NCBI GenBank assembly: GCA_027296055.1
Contig: JAPUJT010000021.1
Coordinates: 1,900 to 65,899 of the forward strand
From: Planctomycetota bacterium
GTDB lineage: Bacteria > Planctomycetota > JAPUJT01
Direction of reading: 5' to 3'
Length of the DNA: 64,000 nt
The position numbers and the translations under genes were made by a program. Shown here piece after piece: positions 17,657-27,699 of this stretch; the first letter of the stretch is position 1, and every line of letters begins with the position of its first letter. The notes beneath the pieces were generated by a model, which had not been told where the DNA came from, searched no databases, and was given only the letters and a program-made list of their open reading frames with translations.

Positions 17657-18061
17657 CTATTTCGCTTCGTCCTTCTCGGTCTCTTTCGGGGCAGGCTTCT
17701 CTTCGTTGACGATGGGACCGGGGCGGTCGACCTTCTCGTGGGGCATATCTTCGGGTTCGCCCTCCGGGACGACGAACCTGGTGATCGTCGAGTCGACTTC
17801 CTTGGACTGCTCCCGGAACTCCGGAAAATGCTTCTCGTGATCGTCGCGGTTGTCGTCGAAATCCTTTTGCGCCCGAGGATCGGCGGCCCCGAAGTGCGCC
17901 GGATTCGTGCCGTCGGGCCTCTCCGCGTTGTGCTCGGTGGTCCCACGAATGAGCATCGGAGTATCGCCCATGGCCCGGCCCGCGGGTTTGTTCTCCTTCT
18001 CACCCATTATGCACCCGAAAGCGATGACAGACAGCGCCCCCAGCAGAAATTGAATCTTCAT
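17657..18061 (-). CDS. Small charged lipoprotein, unknown function
   Basis: Start ATG at 18061 with GAGGAGA RBS. Signal and lipobox MKIQFLLGALSVIAFGC. The rest is a low-complexity acidic/basic sequence. Confidence 0.45.
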   Translation of the reverse strand: MKIQFLLGALSVIAFGCIMGEKENKPAGRAMGDTPMLIRGTTEHNAERPDGTNPAHFGAADPRAQKDFDDNRDDHEKHFPEFREQSKEVDSTITRFVVPEGEPEDMPHEKVDRPGPIVNEEKPAPKETEKDEAK

Positions 18062-18225
18062 GGGATCAGTTCTCCTCAATACCCCCGTCCGCAGGCTTCG
18101 AGCGGCTGACACTTTCATTATACTGCCGTCCCGAGGCGGCAACAATGGGGCTGCACGCTTGGATCCTCGGCCAGATCCGCTAGGATGAGGGCTTCACTGC
18201 CATTCCACCACTTGGGAGGAACTCC

Positions 18226-19488
18226 ATGCCGCATCCTCAGCGCCGATCCGTCACTTCGCTGGTCTGGGCGATTTCGCTGGTCGTCTCCGTCGGCGCAGCA
18301 AGGGGAGATGAAATTCACTCCCCCGAGGACGAGGCGGCTCAGTCCATCACGGCGAGCGAGATGAAGGCTCACATCGAGTATCTGGCGGACGACGAGCGAC
18401 AGGGTCGGAAGGCGGGCAGCCCGGGGGGGCGAGCGGCGGCCGAATACATCGTGGAGCAGCTCAAGGCATACTCGATCGAGCCTGCCGTGGATGGGTCCTA
18501 CTTCCAGGAGTTCGGGAACAACATGCGCAACGTGATCGGGATCCTTCGCGGATCCGATCCGGAGGTGCGCGATGAGGTTGTGGTCGTGGGAGCCCACTAC
18601 GATCATGTCGGCGCCGGGAGCGGCCGTATGCGCGGGCGCAGGACGGGCAAGGGGGACGATTCGATCTGGAACGGGGCGGATGACAACGCGTCCGGCACCT
18701 CCGGCGTGCTCGAGATCGCCCAGGCGTTTTCCCTCCTCCCCCAGCCCCCGAGGCGGACGATGATCTTCATCTGGTTCGATGGCGAAGAGGCGGGCCTCCT
18801 CGGATCGACGTATTACCAGAAGGAGCCGATCCTCCCGCTGGACAAGACCGTGACGATGGTGAACCTGGACATGATCGGGCGAGGCACAGGCGATCGGATC
18901 GAGCTACATGGAACAACCTCGGGGGAAGGGCTTCTGGACCTCGTCGAGGAGTGCAACGCCGACATCGAGCTCTCCTACCAGGTTCATCGAGAGATGATGG
19001 CCAACAGCGATCATTACCGGTTTTACCAGAGCAAGATCCCGGTGCTGTTCTTCTTCACGGGCCTGCACGGCGACTACCACCGGCCCAGCGATCACGCGGA
19101 CAAGATCGAGGTAGAACCGATGGAGAGTATCGCCCGGCTGACCTTCCTGATCCTCCAGAGGCTTGCCAGCGACGAGGGTCGGCCGAAGTTCACGGAGGTC
19201 CCGCGCCGCCAGAGGCTCGGCGTCTGGGGGCGGTTCGACACGGATGCCGGTGGGTACCGCATCCAGAGGCTTTCGCGGAACGGGCACGCGGTACGGTCAG
19301 GTCTGAAAGTGGGTGACGTCCTCTTACAGCTCGGAGACGCGGAGATCAAAACCGGCCGATCCCTCCGCAACGCCCTCTGGAAGGTAAAGAAGGACGCTGT
19401 CGTCCCTGCGCATATTGTTCGGGAGGGAGAGAAGTTGACGATCCAGGTCCACTTCGGCCGGGTGCAGAGAAAAAGGGGCTGGTACTAA
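18226..19488 (+). CDS. M28-family aminopeptidase with C-terminal PDZ domain
   Basis: GGGAGGA RBS. M28 metal-ligand blocks VVGAHYDHVG, DDNASGTSGVLE, FIWFDGEEAGLLGS, NLDMIG, SDHYRF. PDZ-like C-terminus GLKVGDVLLQLGDAEI. Confidence 0.8.
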   Translation: MPHPQRRSVTSLVWAISLVVSVGAARGDEIHSPEDEAAQSITASEMKAHIEYLADDERQGRKAGSPGGRAAAEYIVEQLKAYSIEPAVDGSYFQEFGNNMRNVIGILRGSDPEVRDEVVVVGAHYDHVGAGSGRMRGRRTGKGDDSIWNGADDNASGTSGVLEIAQAFSLLPQPPRRTMIFIWFDGEEAGLLGSTYYQKEPILPLDKTVTMVNLDMIGRGTGDRIELHGTTSGEGLLDLVEECNADIELSYQVHREMMANSDHYRFYQSKIPVLFFFTGLHGDYHRPSDHADKIEVEPMESIARLTFLILQRLASDEGRPKFTEVPRRQRLGVWGRFDTDAGGYRIQRLSRNGHAVRSGLKVGDVLLQLGDAEIKTGRSLRNALWKVKKDAVVPAHIVREGEKLTIQVHFGRVQRKRGWY

Positions 19489-19562
19489 CGCGCGTCGCCT
19501 TTCTCGTCCACGATCTCGAGGACGCCAGCGTCCGCTACCGACTGAGCCAGTTCGGCTCGGCG

Positions 19563-20486
19563 TTGCGCCATCGGGGCCTCGAGCTGGATCTCTTCCCGAT
19601 CCCCGCGCGGGCATCCCGACGTCTGAGGCTCTTCAAGTCCCTCCGCTCCTATGCCCTCGTAGGAATTCAGAGAAAGCTCTTCGGCGCGGCCTATTTTTAT
19701 CTCTTGCGTCGCCTCGTCCGCCGTCTCGTCTACGACTTCGACGACGCCCTCTATATCCGCGATTCCCGGGACTGGAGCGGCCGCTCCTGGACCCGCAGAG
19801 GCCGGTTCGAGAGGACGGTCCGTAGCGCCGATCTCGTGATAGCGGGGAATCGTCTCCTCGTGGCTGAGGCTCGCCGATACAACCGCAGGGTTCGACTCCT
19901 CCCCACGTCGATAGACACGAATCGATACCGGCCGCTTCCTCGGAGATCTCGTTCAGGATCCGCTGTGACGATCGGATGGATCGGCAGCCGCAGCACTCTC
20001 TTTTACCTGGAAGATATCGCCGCCACTCTCGACCTGGTGCCCGCGCCGGGCTTACCTCCGGTGCGACTGAAGGTCATCGCGGACGAGTTCGTCCGCCTGC
20101 GCCGGATGGAAGTCATCCGGAAGACCTGGAGAGAGGAGGAAGAGGTAGACGACCTGAGAGGCGTGGACATCGGAATCATGCCATTACGTGATGATCTCTG
20201 GTCGCGCGGGAAATGCGGCCTGAAGCTCCTGCAGTACATGGCCATGGGGATTCCCGTTATCTGCTCTCCGGTGGGGACGAATCTGGATCTCGTAACCGAT
20301 GGTGTCGAGGGGCTGCACGCCGCTGGTGCGGAGGGCTGGGTGCAAGCCGTTCGACGGCTCGCCGCCGATCCGGTCCTCAGGAAGAGGATGGGTCAGCGCG
20401 GCAGGGAGAAGGTGGAGCGGAACTACTCTGCCACCGGAGCGGCGGAACACCTCGCCGAGATCCTCCGTTCGGTGGGAGTTTCGTGA
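19563..20486 (+). CDS. Family 1/4 (GT-B) glycosyltransferase; true start probably upstream of the first canonical start codon
   Basis: YDFDDALY block and a C-terminal GT-B region (IMPLRDD..GKCGLKLLQYMAMGIPVICSPVG..EG). 19563 is a TTG. The same frame stays open upstream and encodes a GT-like N-terminus (RVAFLVHDLEDASVRYRLSQFG) with no ATG/GTG/TTG. Confidence 0.65.
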   Translation: MRHRGLELDLFPIPARASRRLRLFKSLRSYALVGIQRKLFGAAYFYLLRRLVRRLVYDFDDALYIRDSRDWSGRSWTRRGRFERTVRSADLVIAGNRLLVAEARRYNRRVRLLPTSIDTNRYRPLPRRSRSGSAVTIGWIGSRSTLFYLEDIAATLDLVPAPGLPPVRLKVIADEFVRLRRMEVIRKTWREEEEVDDLRGVDIGIMPLRDDLWSRGKCGLKLLQYMAMGIPVICSPVGTNLDLVTDGVEGLHAAGAEGWVQAVRRLAADPVLRKRMGQRGREKVERNYSATGAAEHLAEILRSVGVS

Positions 20487-20530
20487 CGCGCACGGAACCC
20501 CCCACCCAACCCGGAGTTTGGTGCGCGTCA
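20484..20530. terminator. 10-bp perfect inverted repeat between convergent genes (possible bidirectional terminator)
   Basis: TGACGCGCAC (20484-20493) and GTGCGCGTCA (20521-20530) with a 27-nt C-rich loop. There is no U-tract. Confidence 0.3.
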
Positions 20531-20537
20531 TGAAACT

Positions 20538-21608
20538 CTAGAGCTTGGCCACCAGGGCCTCGGCCGCCCCCATCGGTTCCGCCCTCCCCGTCTTGATGGA
20601 TCGCTCCGCTTCCAGGATGTGGCCGAGGCGTTCAGGGATATCTGTTTCCGGGTTTGCCTCGACCTGCTCCCAGAATCGGCGGGCAAGAAACGGAGCAACG
20701 CCCAAGGTCTGGAGGATCTCCTTGTCTCCTTTGCCCTCCGCGCGCAGGTACTGTGCTCGCCAGAGCGACATGAGCCGCCCCGCCAGCCCGCGGATCAATA
20801 TCTGGGCGACTCCCCCGGGGTTGTCACGTCCCCTCCCCGACGCGTCGGCCATCCCATGGAGAAAGAGTGCCCGCAGCCCGCAGATCGCCTCCGGCCTCTT
20901 CCCCGCCAGGACCTGATCCACGACACGGTAGACAGGATCGGCGCGAGATGTCGGAGCGAGGCTACGAATCTGATCCTCTGATATCTGCCCCGACTCGCCA
21001 GCGAGGAGGCTCGCCTGCTCGATCGCTCCGTCGATCGATGCGAGGTCCGCGCCCCAGGCCTCGACGAGGGCATCGATCGCTGAGGGCCGGATGCGTCTTC
21101 CCCGGGCCTCGACGCGCAGCAGGATCCACCGGGCGACTTCGCTTTCTCCCGATCCCCTCTGCCAGGGTGGGGGCGTCTCGTAGAGAGGTCGGCACTGGAT
21201 GACGAAACCCATCTTCTCTATGGCCTTGAAGAGGCGCATATTGGCGGGAAGGGTCGTCCCCTCGAGGATCAGGTGGGCCCCGGTCGCCGGGTGGGCGAGA
21301 TACTCCTCGATCCGGGGGCGGTCCTCCTTCGCCAGCCCCTCGACGCCGCTGAGGTGGACCAGGCGGGGACCGCCCAGGAGGGAGGGGGTTCTCAGGTCAT
21401 CGAGGAGTGACGTGACATCGATACGAGGGCTGCCCGACGCATCCGCCGCCGTGAGGTTCATTCGTCTGTCGGTCGGCCCCAGGATCGTGTCGAGGAGATC
21501 GGCACGTACCAGACTCCTGAGGTACTCCGCCTTCCCCACGATCAGGGCGGCCGGCGCCTTCTTCTTCTCGGGCGAGAGACCCTGGTAGCCGAAGTAGTCG
21601 AGCTTCAT
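20538..21608 (-). CDS. holA: DNA polymerase III delta subunit
   Basis: Size (356 aa) and the overall HolA-like pattern: N-terminal ALIVGKAEYL clamp-loader-like region and an alpha-helical C-terminus. Assignment is by resemblance only. Confidence 0.55.
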   Translation of the reverse strand: MKLDYFGYQGLSPEKKKAPAALIVGKAEYLRSLVRADLLDTILGPTDRRMNLTAADASGSPRIDVTSLLDDLRTPSLLGGPRLVHLSGVEGLAKEDRPRIEEYLAHPATGAHLILEGTTLPANMRLFKAIEKMGFVIQCRPLYETPPPWQRGSGESEVARWILLRVEARGRRIRPSAIDALVEAWGADLASIDGAIEQASLLAGESGQISEDQIRSLAPTSRADPVYRVVDQVLAGKRPEAICGLRALFLHGMADASGRGRDNPGGVAQILIRGLAGRLMSLWRAQYLRAEGKGDKEILQTLGVAPFLARRFWEQVEANPETDIPERLGHILEAERSIKTGRAEPMGAAEALVAKL

Positions 21609-21634
21609 CGCCTTTTCCGCATGCAGAGGATCAT

Positions 21635-23188
21635 CTACATACCTTTGATCACCACCATGACCAGATAGATGTATCCGGTCACGAGAATCACTCCGATGAT
21701 GTTCAGAATCACGCCCGCTCTCGCCATCCGGCCTATCGGGACGAGCCCGCTGGAGTAGACGACGGCGTTTGGCCCGGTGCCCACGGGCAACATGAAGGCG
21801 AACGACGCAGAAATCGCCGCGGGCATCATCAGGAGGATCGGGTTGACATCGATGGAGTTCGAGAGCTTGGCAAGGATCGGCATCATCACCGATGTGACGG
21901 CCGTGTTGGACGTGATCTCCGTCATGAACGTGAGCAGCAAGCAGTCGGCGCCGATCATGACGATGGTCGGTTTATCCCCCAGAATTGTCAGTTTCTCCCC
22001 GAACCATTCGGAGAGGCCGGATTCGTCGAACCCATGGGCGATCGCCAGCCCCCCTCCGAAGAGGAGGAGGAGGCCCCATGGAATCTTGGAAGCGGACTTC
22101 CAATCAAGCAGCCTATCCTGGCTGCCTCGCTGCGTGGGCACGAGGAAGAAGATGATGGCCATGAAGATAGCCACGGTGCCGTCGCCGACAAATCTCGCCT
22201 CGGTGATCCTTTCGGGGAGCCCGAGACGGTGGAGCCAGGTGACGATTCCGGGAATGCGAAGTCCCTCCTCTCCGATCTGGATGTCGGCCCGGAAGATCCA
22301 GAGGAACGCCGTCACGGCGAACAGACAGAGGACACGTCTCTCCGGGACGGTCATCGGTCCCAGCTTTCGGATCTCCTCCTCGATCAAGTCCCCCTTGCCG
22401 GTAGAGAGTCCCTTCGGGATCGGGCAGAGGACGCGCACCAGCAGGAACCATATGATCGGAATGAACAGGGCGACCAGGGGGATGGTGTATGCCATCCACT
22501 GTGGGAATGTGATCGGAGGGGCGTTCGGGAATGCCTCGCTGAAGTGCGCCAGAAAGAGCACATTGGGGGGAGTGCCGATCGGTGTGCCGATCCCCCCCAC
22601 GTTGGCGGCGTAGGCTATGCCGAGCATCAGGGCCGTCCCGAGAGCGGCGCTCCCCGCGGGGTCATCGGGGTTCGCCTTGGAGACCTGGCTGATGATTGCC
22701 AGAGCGATCGGCAGGAGCATCAGGCAGGTCGCCGTATTCGAGATCCACATGGACAGGAGGGCCGTCGCCAGCATGAAACCGAAAACGATCATCGCCGGTT
22801 GCCGACCCGCGGAGGCGATGACCCTGAGCGCGATCCGTCTGTGAAGACCGCATTTCTGGATCGCCTGACTGATGAAGAATCCACCCATGAGGAGCATGAT
22901 CAGGTCGTGGGCGTAGGCCTTCGCCGTGTCCCCCGCGGAAGACACCCCGAGGATGGGGAACAGCACGAGAGGGATCAGTGAGGTGGCGGGGATCGGGATC
23001 GGCTGAGTGATCCACCAGATAGCGCAGAGGAGGGTGACGGCGGCTACCTTCCGCGCGGCAGGGGGGATCCCTTCATGGTCCTCCCCTCCGGGAATGACGA
23101 AGATGAGAAGGAATAGCACGAGCCCGAGCCAGAACCCGATCTTCGTGACCCAGGTCGTCTCTCCATGGAGGGACGGTTCAGTCGTCAT
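21635..23188 (-). CDS. SLC13/DASS-family Na+-coupled anion (sulfate/dicarboxylate) symporter
   Basis: Polytopic membrane protein with the two DASS hairpin signatures WISNTATCLMLLPIA and EITSNTAVTSVMMPI. Confidence 0.8.
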   Translation of the reverse strand: MTTEPSLHGETTWVTKIGFWLGLVLFLLIFVIPGGEDHEGIPPAARKVAAVTLLCAIWWITQPIPIPATSLIPLVLFPILGVSSAGDTAKAYAHDLIMLLMGGFFISQAIQKCGLHRRIALRVIASAGRQPAMIVFGFMLATALLSMWISNTATCLMLLPIALAIISQVSKANPDDPAGSAALGTALMLGIAYAANVGGIGTPIGTPPNVLFLAHFSEAFPNAPPITFPQWMAYTIPLVALFIPIIWFLLVRVLCPIPKGLSTGKGDLIEEEIRKLGPMTVPERRVLCLFAVTAFLWIFRADIQIGEEGLRIPGIVTWLHRLGLPERITEARFVGDGTVAIFMAIIFFLVPTQRGSQDRLLDWKSASKIPWGLLLLFGGGLAIAHGFDESGLSEWFGEKLTILGDKPTIVMIGADCLLLTFMTEITSNTAVTSVMMPILAKLSNSIDVNPILLMMPAAISASFAFMLPVGTGPNAVVYSSGLVPIGRMARAGVILNIIGVILVTGYIYLVMVVIKGM

Positions 23189-23924
23189 GATGGATCCCGT
23201 TCCCGAAGAAGATCCTGTCTCTCTCTACGATGAGATGGGGTTCCCCCTCCTCCCAGCCGGCCAGCGTGAAGAGGTCGCCCTTCGCGCCTTGATACTCGAT
23301 CTTGCGATGAGCTTGTTCGTGCACATGTCCGCAAATGATCACGTCGGCCCCGGCACGGAGGGCCTTCGCCAGCTCTCGATTCGATAGGGCCATAGTCGCA
23401 GTGGACTTCCTTCTCACCGACCGTAGGCTCACCGATCGGAATCCCCCGGCGAGATGCATCGCAGCCTCTGGCGGCAGGGCCCGCCAGGCCAGCCGGGCGG
23501 GCAGGCTTCGGATCACGGCCCTCGTGATCCGATAAGGGGCGTCGCGGGTGCAGAACTGGTCCCCGTGAGTCAGGCACAGGCGCCCTGCGGGGGTGGCGAT
23601 ATGGTGAACATCCCCGAGCCTCCGTATCCCCAATGGCTCCAGGACTCGAGCATCCAGGTGGAAATCACGGTTGCCGGGGACGAAGCCTACGGAAACCCCC
23701 TGACGGGCGGCCCCTTCCAGGGCGCCGAACACGCGTTGGATCGCCGGCGTCCTTGGCTGACGAGGCCCGATCCAGAAGTCGAACAGGTCCCCCAGGATGT
23801 AGATCTCCCGGAGGTGGGAGAGCCTCAGCCTGGACTCGATGAATCGAGCGAAACGATCTGCCCTCTCGGGATCGTCAGGTCTCACATGGACGTCAGAAGT
23901 TACGAGAATCATCCCGAGCGGCAT
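23178..23924 (-). CDS. lpxH: UDP-2,3-diacylglucosamine diphosphatase
   Basis: Calcineurin-like metallophosphoesterase motifs in LpxH order: SDVH, GDLFDFWIG, PGNRD, THGD, CGHVHE. The start is ambiguous (23924 or 23912). Confidence 0.7.
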   Translation of the reverse strand: MPLGMILVTSDVHVRPDDPERADRFARFIESRLRLSHLREIYILGDLFDFWIGPRQPRTPAIQRVFGALEGAARQGVSVGFVPGNRDFHLDARVLEPLGIRRLGDVHHIATPAGRLCLTHGDQFCTRDAPYRITRAVIRSLPARLAWRALPPEAAMHLAGGFRSVSLRSVRRKSTATMALSNRELAKALRAGADVIICGHVHEQAHRKIEYQGAKGDLFTLAGWEEGEPHLIVERDRIFFGNGIHHDD

Positions 23925-24175
23925 TTTAGCGACGCCGACGGTGGCCTGCAAACCAGGATTCGATTCGTTCCGGGGGGGTGAATCGTTCAAATCGAAGGAC
24001 GGGAGGGTGACAGGCGCTCATCGCCAAGGGATTCGTGGGGGTATTCCACGGTGAATTGATGCATTCAGGTTGCCGGGGATCCATGTCGCACTATACTTAG
24101 GGTGATGAGATTGGCGCCAGGCAGCCGCCTGATAAACCGTCAGGTGGGGATCGATCCAACGGGGGGAGTGGGCTG

Positions 24176-24724
24176 ATGTCGGAAAAGGAGACACACAAGA
24201 AGGCGCAGGGTCTCAGGTACATCATTTATCGGCGACCGCCTCACCCGGAATTCTTTCAGATATACTCCAGCCGCAGAATCGAAGAGAAATACTACCAGGC
24301 GTTCATCTGGGTCATCGGGCACAGTCACGTCGTCACGCTGCGAGCGGGTCGTCACGCCCTCGTGGAAGTTCTCACGGAGAAGGGGAGCGTCGTGCCCAGA
24401 AAAGGAATCGTCAAGAAGGTCTCCGTTCACGAGTCCGGTCTGGAGAAGATCCAGGTGAGCGAAGGCGGCGTGATCTCCTATACGAGCGAGTTCACCTTCT
24501 CTCAATGCTCTGCGACCACTTATCGTGAACGGCATGACGGCGCATTCACCGGATCGTTCGACCAGAGGCTTCTCCACACCTTCCCCGTTGAGTCGAAGGA
24601 CGACCTGCGGCCCTTCACCCTGGTCGACTACAAGGTCTCGCGCGGCCGCCTCGAGGTCCGCTCGGTCAACGCCTACCCGCAGGACCTGACCCTGGTTACA
24701 ACGGAATCTACCTTCGAGATATAG
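24176..24724 (+). CDS. Hypothetical protein (possibly DUF2617-like)
   Basis: GGGGGGAG RBS. 182-aa soluble protein. The N-terminal YRRPPHPEFF resembles my recollection of the DUF2617 signature; this is unverified. Confidence 0.45.
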   Translation: MSEKETHKKAQGLRYIIYRRPPHPEFFQIYSSRRIEEKYYQAFIWVIGHSHVVTLRAGRHALVEVLTEKGSVVPRKGIVKKVSVHESGLEKIQVSEGGVISYTSEFTFSQCSATTYRERHDGAFTGSFDQRLLHTFPVESKDDLRPFTLVDYKVSRGRLEVRSVNAYPQDLTLVTTESTFEI

Positions 24725-24766
24725 AAATCGGATGGGCCCGGGGGTTCCTGGCCGGATTCGGCCAGA

Positions 24767-25072
24767 TCAAGTGGCCTCTTGTGTGTGCACGGGCGTGGGA
24801 AGCTTGACCCTCTCCTCCATCAACCGTCCCGGTTTGAAGATGACGACCTTCTTCGCCGGAACCTGTACCTCCTCACCAGTTCGGGGGTTACGAGCCTTCC
24901 TGGGCGCCCGCTGCTTCACCTCGAAGACCCCGAAATTGCGGAGCTCGATCCTGCCCTGGGTGGCGATGGCCTCGATGATGGAGTCGAATGTGCTCTGAAC
25001 TACTTCCTTGGTCTCTACTTGGGTCAATCCAATCTTGTCGGCGATAGCCTTCACGATCTCCTTCTTGGTCAT
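24767..25072 (-). CDS. HU/IHF-family nucleoid-associated DNA-binding protein
   Basis: [13 protein letters not shown]...[43 protein letters not shown] is the classic HU/IHF fold signature. GGGAGGA lies 7 nt upstream of ATG 25072. Confidence 0.85.
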   Translation of the reverse strand: MTKKEIVKAIADKIGLTQVETKEVVQSTFDSIIEAIATQGRIELRNFGVFEVKQRAPRKARNPRTGEEVQVPAKKVVIFKPGRLMEERVKLPTPVHTQEAT

Positions 25073-25145
25073 CCCCATTCCTCCCAGTTCATCCCCCCTG
25101 AAAGTGGTAGAGGGATCGTGCTGGTGACTAGGCTGATCCTCTATA

Positions 25146-25174
25146 ACCTTACATAGGGAAAAAAGATATGTCAA
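25146..25174 (-). promoter_or_regulatory. Candidate sigma70-type promoter for the HU/IHF gene
   Basis: On the minus strand: TTGACA (25174-25169), 17-nt spacer, TAAGGT (25151-25146), in an unusually AT-rich patch ~70 nt upstream of the start codon. Confidence 0.3.
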
Positions 25175-25303
25175 GCAAGATTTGTGGGTCGACCGGGCTT
25201 GGCATGCCGATCGACCACCGAACGGTCCGGCAGGAAACGCCCCCGGGCCCTCTCAGGGGGTCGAATCGGGCATCCCCCTTCGGCGGCATCCTCCGCTGTC
25301 GGG

Positions 25304-26101
25304 CTATCCTGGAAGGAAAACGTCGGAAATGTCGTAGATGCCAGGCTTTCGGCCGTGGACGAACCGGGCGGCCAGGAGGGCGCCACGGGCAAACGCCTCC
25401 CGGTTCAGGGCGACATGACGGATCTCGATGGACTCCCCCGGGCCGCTGAATATCACGCGGTGCTCGCCCGTCTCCTCACCCATGCGTAAGGAGTGCACCC
25501 CGATCTCGCCGATCTTCCGCTCATCGGTCATCCCGTGCCGGCCATAGGTGAGCGTCGGTCCAGATTCATCGCGGGCGCGGGAGATGGCGTAGGCGAGTCG
25601 GAGGGCGGTGCCGCTCGGCGAGTCCTTCTTGTATTTGTGATGCGTCTCGACGATCTCGACATCGAAGAGTTCGGGGAGATTCTTGGCGAAGGTCGCCACG
25701 GCTTTCGTGGCCAGCGCAATTCCCAGGCTCATGTTGGAGGAGTGGAGACAGGGTACCCGTTCGGACGCCCGCCGGATCACCTCCATATGGGAGGCGTCGA
25801 GACCTGTTGTCCCGATGACTATCCCCACGCCCCTCTTCGCGCACTCGGTCGCCCGGGCCGCCGCGGAGGCCGGGGCGCTGAAGTCGATCAGCACGTCAGC
25901 GTCTTGCAGTTCCGATGTCACCCTGACTCCCACCGTCTCGAACTCGTGGATCTCACCGACGTCCTGTCCGAGGTACGGGTGGCCCGGCCGCTCCAGTGCC
26001 GCCGTCAGTCGGATGTCTTTCTGCTCGGCGATCAGACGGATCACCGCGCCGCCCATGCGCCCACAGGCTCCGTTCACCATGACTCGGACCGGGTCAGCCA
26101 T
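25304..26101 (-). CDS. dapB: 4-hydroxy-tetrahydrodipicolinate reductase
   Basis: VMVNGACGRMGG NAD(P)-binding N-terminus, VIGTTGL, and EIVETHHKYKKDSPSGTAL, the DapB signature. Confidence 0.9.
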   Translation of the reverse strand: MADPVRVMVNGACGRMGGAVIRLIAEQKDIRLTAALERPGHPYLGQDVGEIHEFETVGVRVTSELQDADVLIDFSAPASAAARATECAKRGVGIVIGTTGLDASHMEVIRRASERVPCLHSSNMSLGIALATKAVATFAKNLPELFDVEIVETHHKYKKDSPSGTALRLAYAISRARDESGPTLTYGRHGMTDERKIGEIGVHSLRMGEETGEHRVIFSGPGESIEIRHVALNREAFARGALLAARFVHGRKPGIYDISDVFLPG

Positions 26102-26115
26102 ATTGACCTCCCGCC

Positions 26116-27201
26116 TCAGAGGGCATCGTAGATTCGATCTGCCTCGACATGACGAGCGACGAGATCCTGGATCAGGTCAATCTTTCCCTGATCGTTGGGA
26201 GAGATAGTCCCTCGGAAATTGCGAATTCGCGCTGCGGTGGAGTAAGTCTCATCGTCGACCAGAAGAACCGGAACCTGTGTTCGTCGCAGCAGTCTCAGGA
26301 CCTCTTCGTCGGGATGCGTGTCGCCACAGAGGACGATTCCGGCCACGCGCGATCCTTCCGCTTCTCCGAGGAGGCGGTACGAGATCGTCGTGAGGATCAG
26401 ATCGGCCCGATCGCTGGCGGTTACCAGCAGAGAATGAGGAGCAAGCTCCCGAAGGGCATGCTGAGGGCTCGAGACGCCCAGGACGACCTTCCCCACCCGG
26501 TTCTCCATCTCCTGCTCGCCGTTGAGGACCTCTCCCCCCGTGACGGCCAGCACCTCCCGGATCGACGGCGACTCGAGCATGTGTCGGTACGGAATGATGC
26601 CGAGCACCGGGATACCCCTGTCCTCGAGGGCCTGCTTTCCCACCGTCTCGAGGAGATCCTTCTCCTCGGGCCCCACTCGATTCAGCACCACCCCGAGGAC
26701 GTCGACTCCGTAGTTCCTGAACATGGCGAGGTTCAAGGTTATCTCGTCCAGCTCGGGGCCGAGGCCGCCGCTGGTGACGATGAGCACCTTCGCCCCCAGC
26801 GTGCTCGCCACATAGGCGTTCGATAGGCCGAAGATGGATCCGACGGCCGCGTGCCCCGTCCCTTCGATCACCACGAGGTCCTTTCCCTCCGCGACACGAT
26901 CGAAGGAAGCCTGCACCTGCTCGATCAGCTGATCGGTCATCTTCTTGCGGAGGAAATCCTCCACGAAGCCGGTGTGAACCGTGATCGGGTTCATGTCCGA
27001 GAGGTCGCAGTCGACGCCGCACACCTTTTCCATCAGGAGTACGTCGGGATCGCGCATGGACGGTCCCGATGGCCGCTTCCCCAGCGGCTTGATGAAGCCT
27101 ATCGCTTCTGTCGTCTGCCGAAAGCGGGCGGTGAGCCCGAGAGTGACGACGGTCTTGCCGTCTCCCGGCCTCGTCGCCGTGATGTAGATCTTCTTTGTCA
27201 T
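26116..27201 (-). CDS. P-loop ATPase with DRTGG domain (stand-alone homolog of the Pta N-terminal / BioD-like region)
   Basis: N-terminus KIYITATRPGDGKTVVTLGL (CobQ/BioD-like P-loop), central LVVIEGTGHAAVGS, and a C-terminal DRTGG-like LLVTASDRADLILT. Confidence 0.55.
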   Translation of the reverse strand: MTKKIYITATRPGDGKTVVTLGLTARFRQTTEAIGFIKPLGKRPSGPSMRDPDVLLMEKVCGVDCDLSDMNPITVHTGFVEDFLRKKMTDQLIEQVQASFDRVAEGKDLVVIEGTGHAAVGSIFGLSNAYVASTLGAKVLIVTSGGLGPELDEITLNLAMFRNYGVDVLGVVLNRVGPEEKDLLETVGKQALEDRGIPVLGIIPYRHMLESPSIREVLAVTGGEVLNGEQEMENRVGKVVLGVSSPQHALRELAPHSLLVTASDRADLILTTISYRLLGEAEGSRVAGIVLCGDTHPDEEVLRLLRRTQVPVLLVDDETYSTAARIRNFRGTISPNDQGKIDLIQDLVARHVEADRIYDAL

Positions 27202-27204
27202 CGG

Positions 27205-27699
27205 TTACGCGACGGCCTCGATGCGAACTGCGCCCGAACCGTACCCGAGAAGCCGCAGCTCCCTGGAGTCAGGCCCCGAGATATCGATGCTCACTTCGAT
27301 CCTGTCGGCCGGGAGGGCGGCCGCTATTCTCTCCGCCCACTCGATCACGGACACGCCATCCTCGCCCAGCATTTCCCAGCCTCCGAGCTGGAAGAACTCA
27401 TCCTCCCCGGAGAGACGATAGGCATCGAGGTGATAGATGGGAAGGCGCCCTCGATGCACCTTGAGATAGACGAACGTCGGACTCGTCACGGAATCGGTCC
27501 TGTTCATCCCGAGACCGCTGACTATGCCCTTCGTCAATCTCGTCTTGCCGCTGCCCAGGGTGCCGATCAAGGCCACGACATCCCCCGCCTGCAGGACAGA
27601 GCCGATCCGCCTGCCCATCTCGACGGTCTCCTCCTCGGATCGGGAGGTCCAACGAAGCGCGGCCTCTGCCTCGCGACGTTCAACGGAACTCATGGACAT
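27205..27699 (-). CDS. tsaE: tRNA t6A37 threonylcarbamoyltransferase complex ATPase TsaE
   Basis: GDVVALIGTLGSGKTRLTKGI Walker A, SPTFVYLKVH and IYHLDAYRL motifs. The start (27699 or 27693) overlaps the thiL stop. Confidence 0.8.
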   Translation of the reverse strand: MSMSSVERREAEAALRWTSRSEEETVEMGRRIGSVLQAGDVVALIGTLGSGKTRLTKGIVSGLGMNRTDSVTSPTFVYLKVHRGRLPIYHLDAYRLSGEDEFFQLGGWEMLGEDGVSVIEWAERIAAALPADRIEVSIDISGPDSRELRLLGYGSGAVRIEAVA

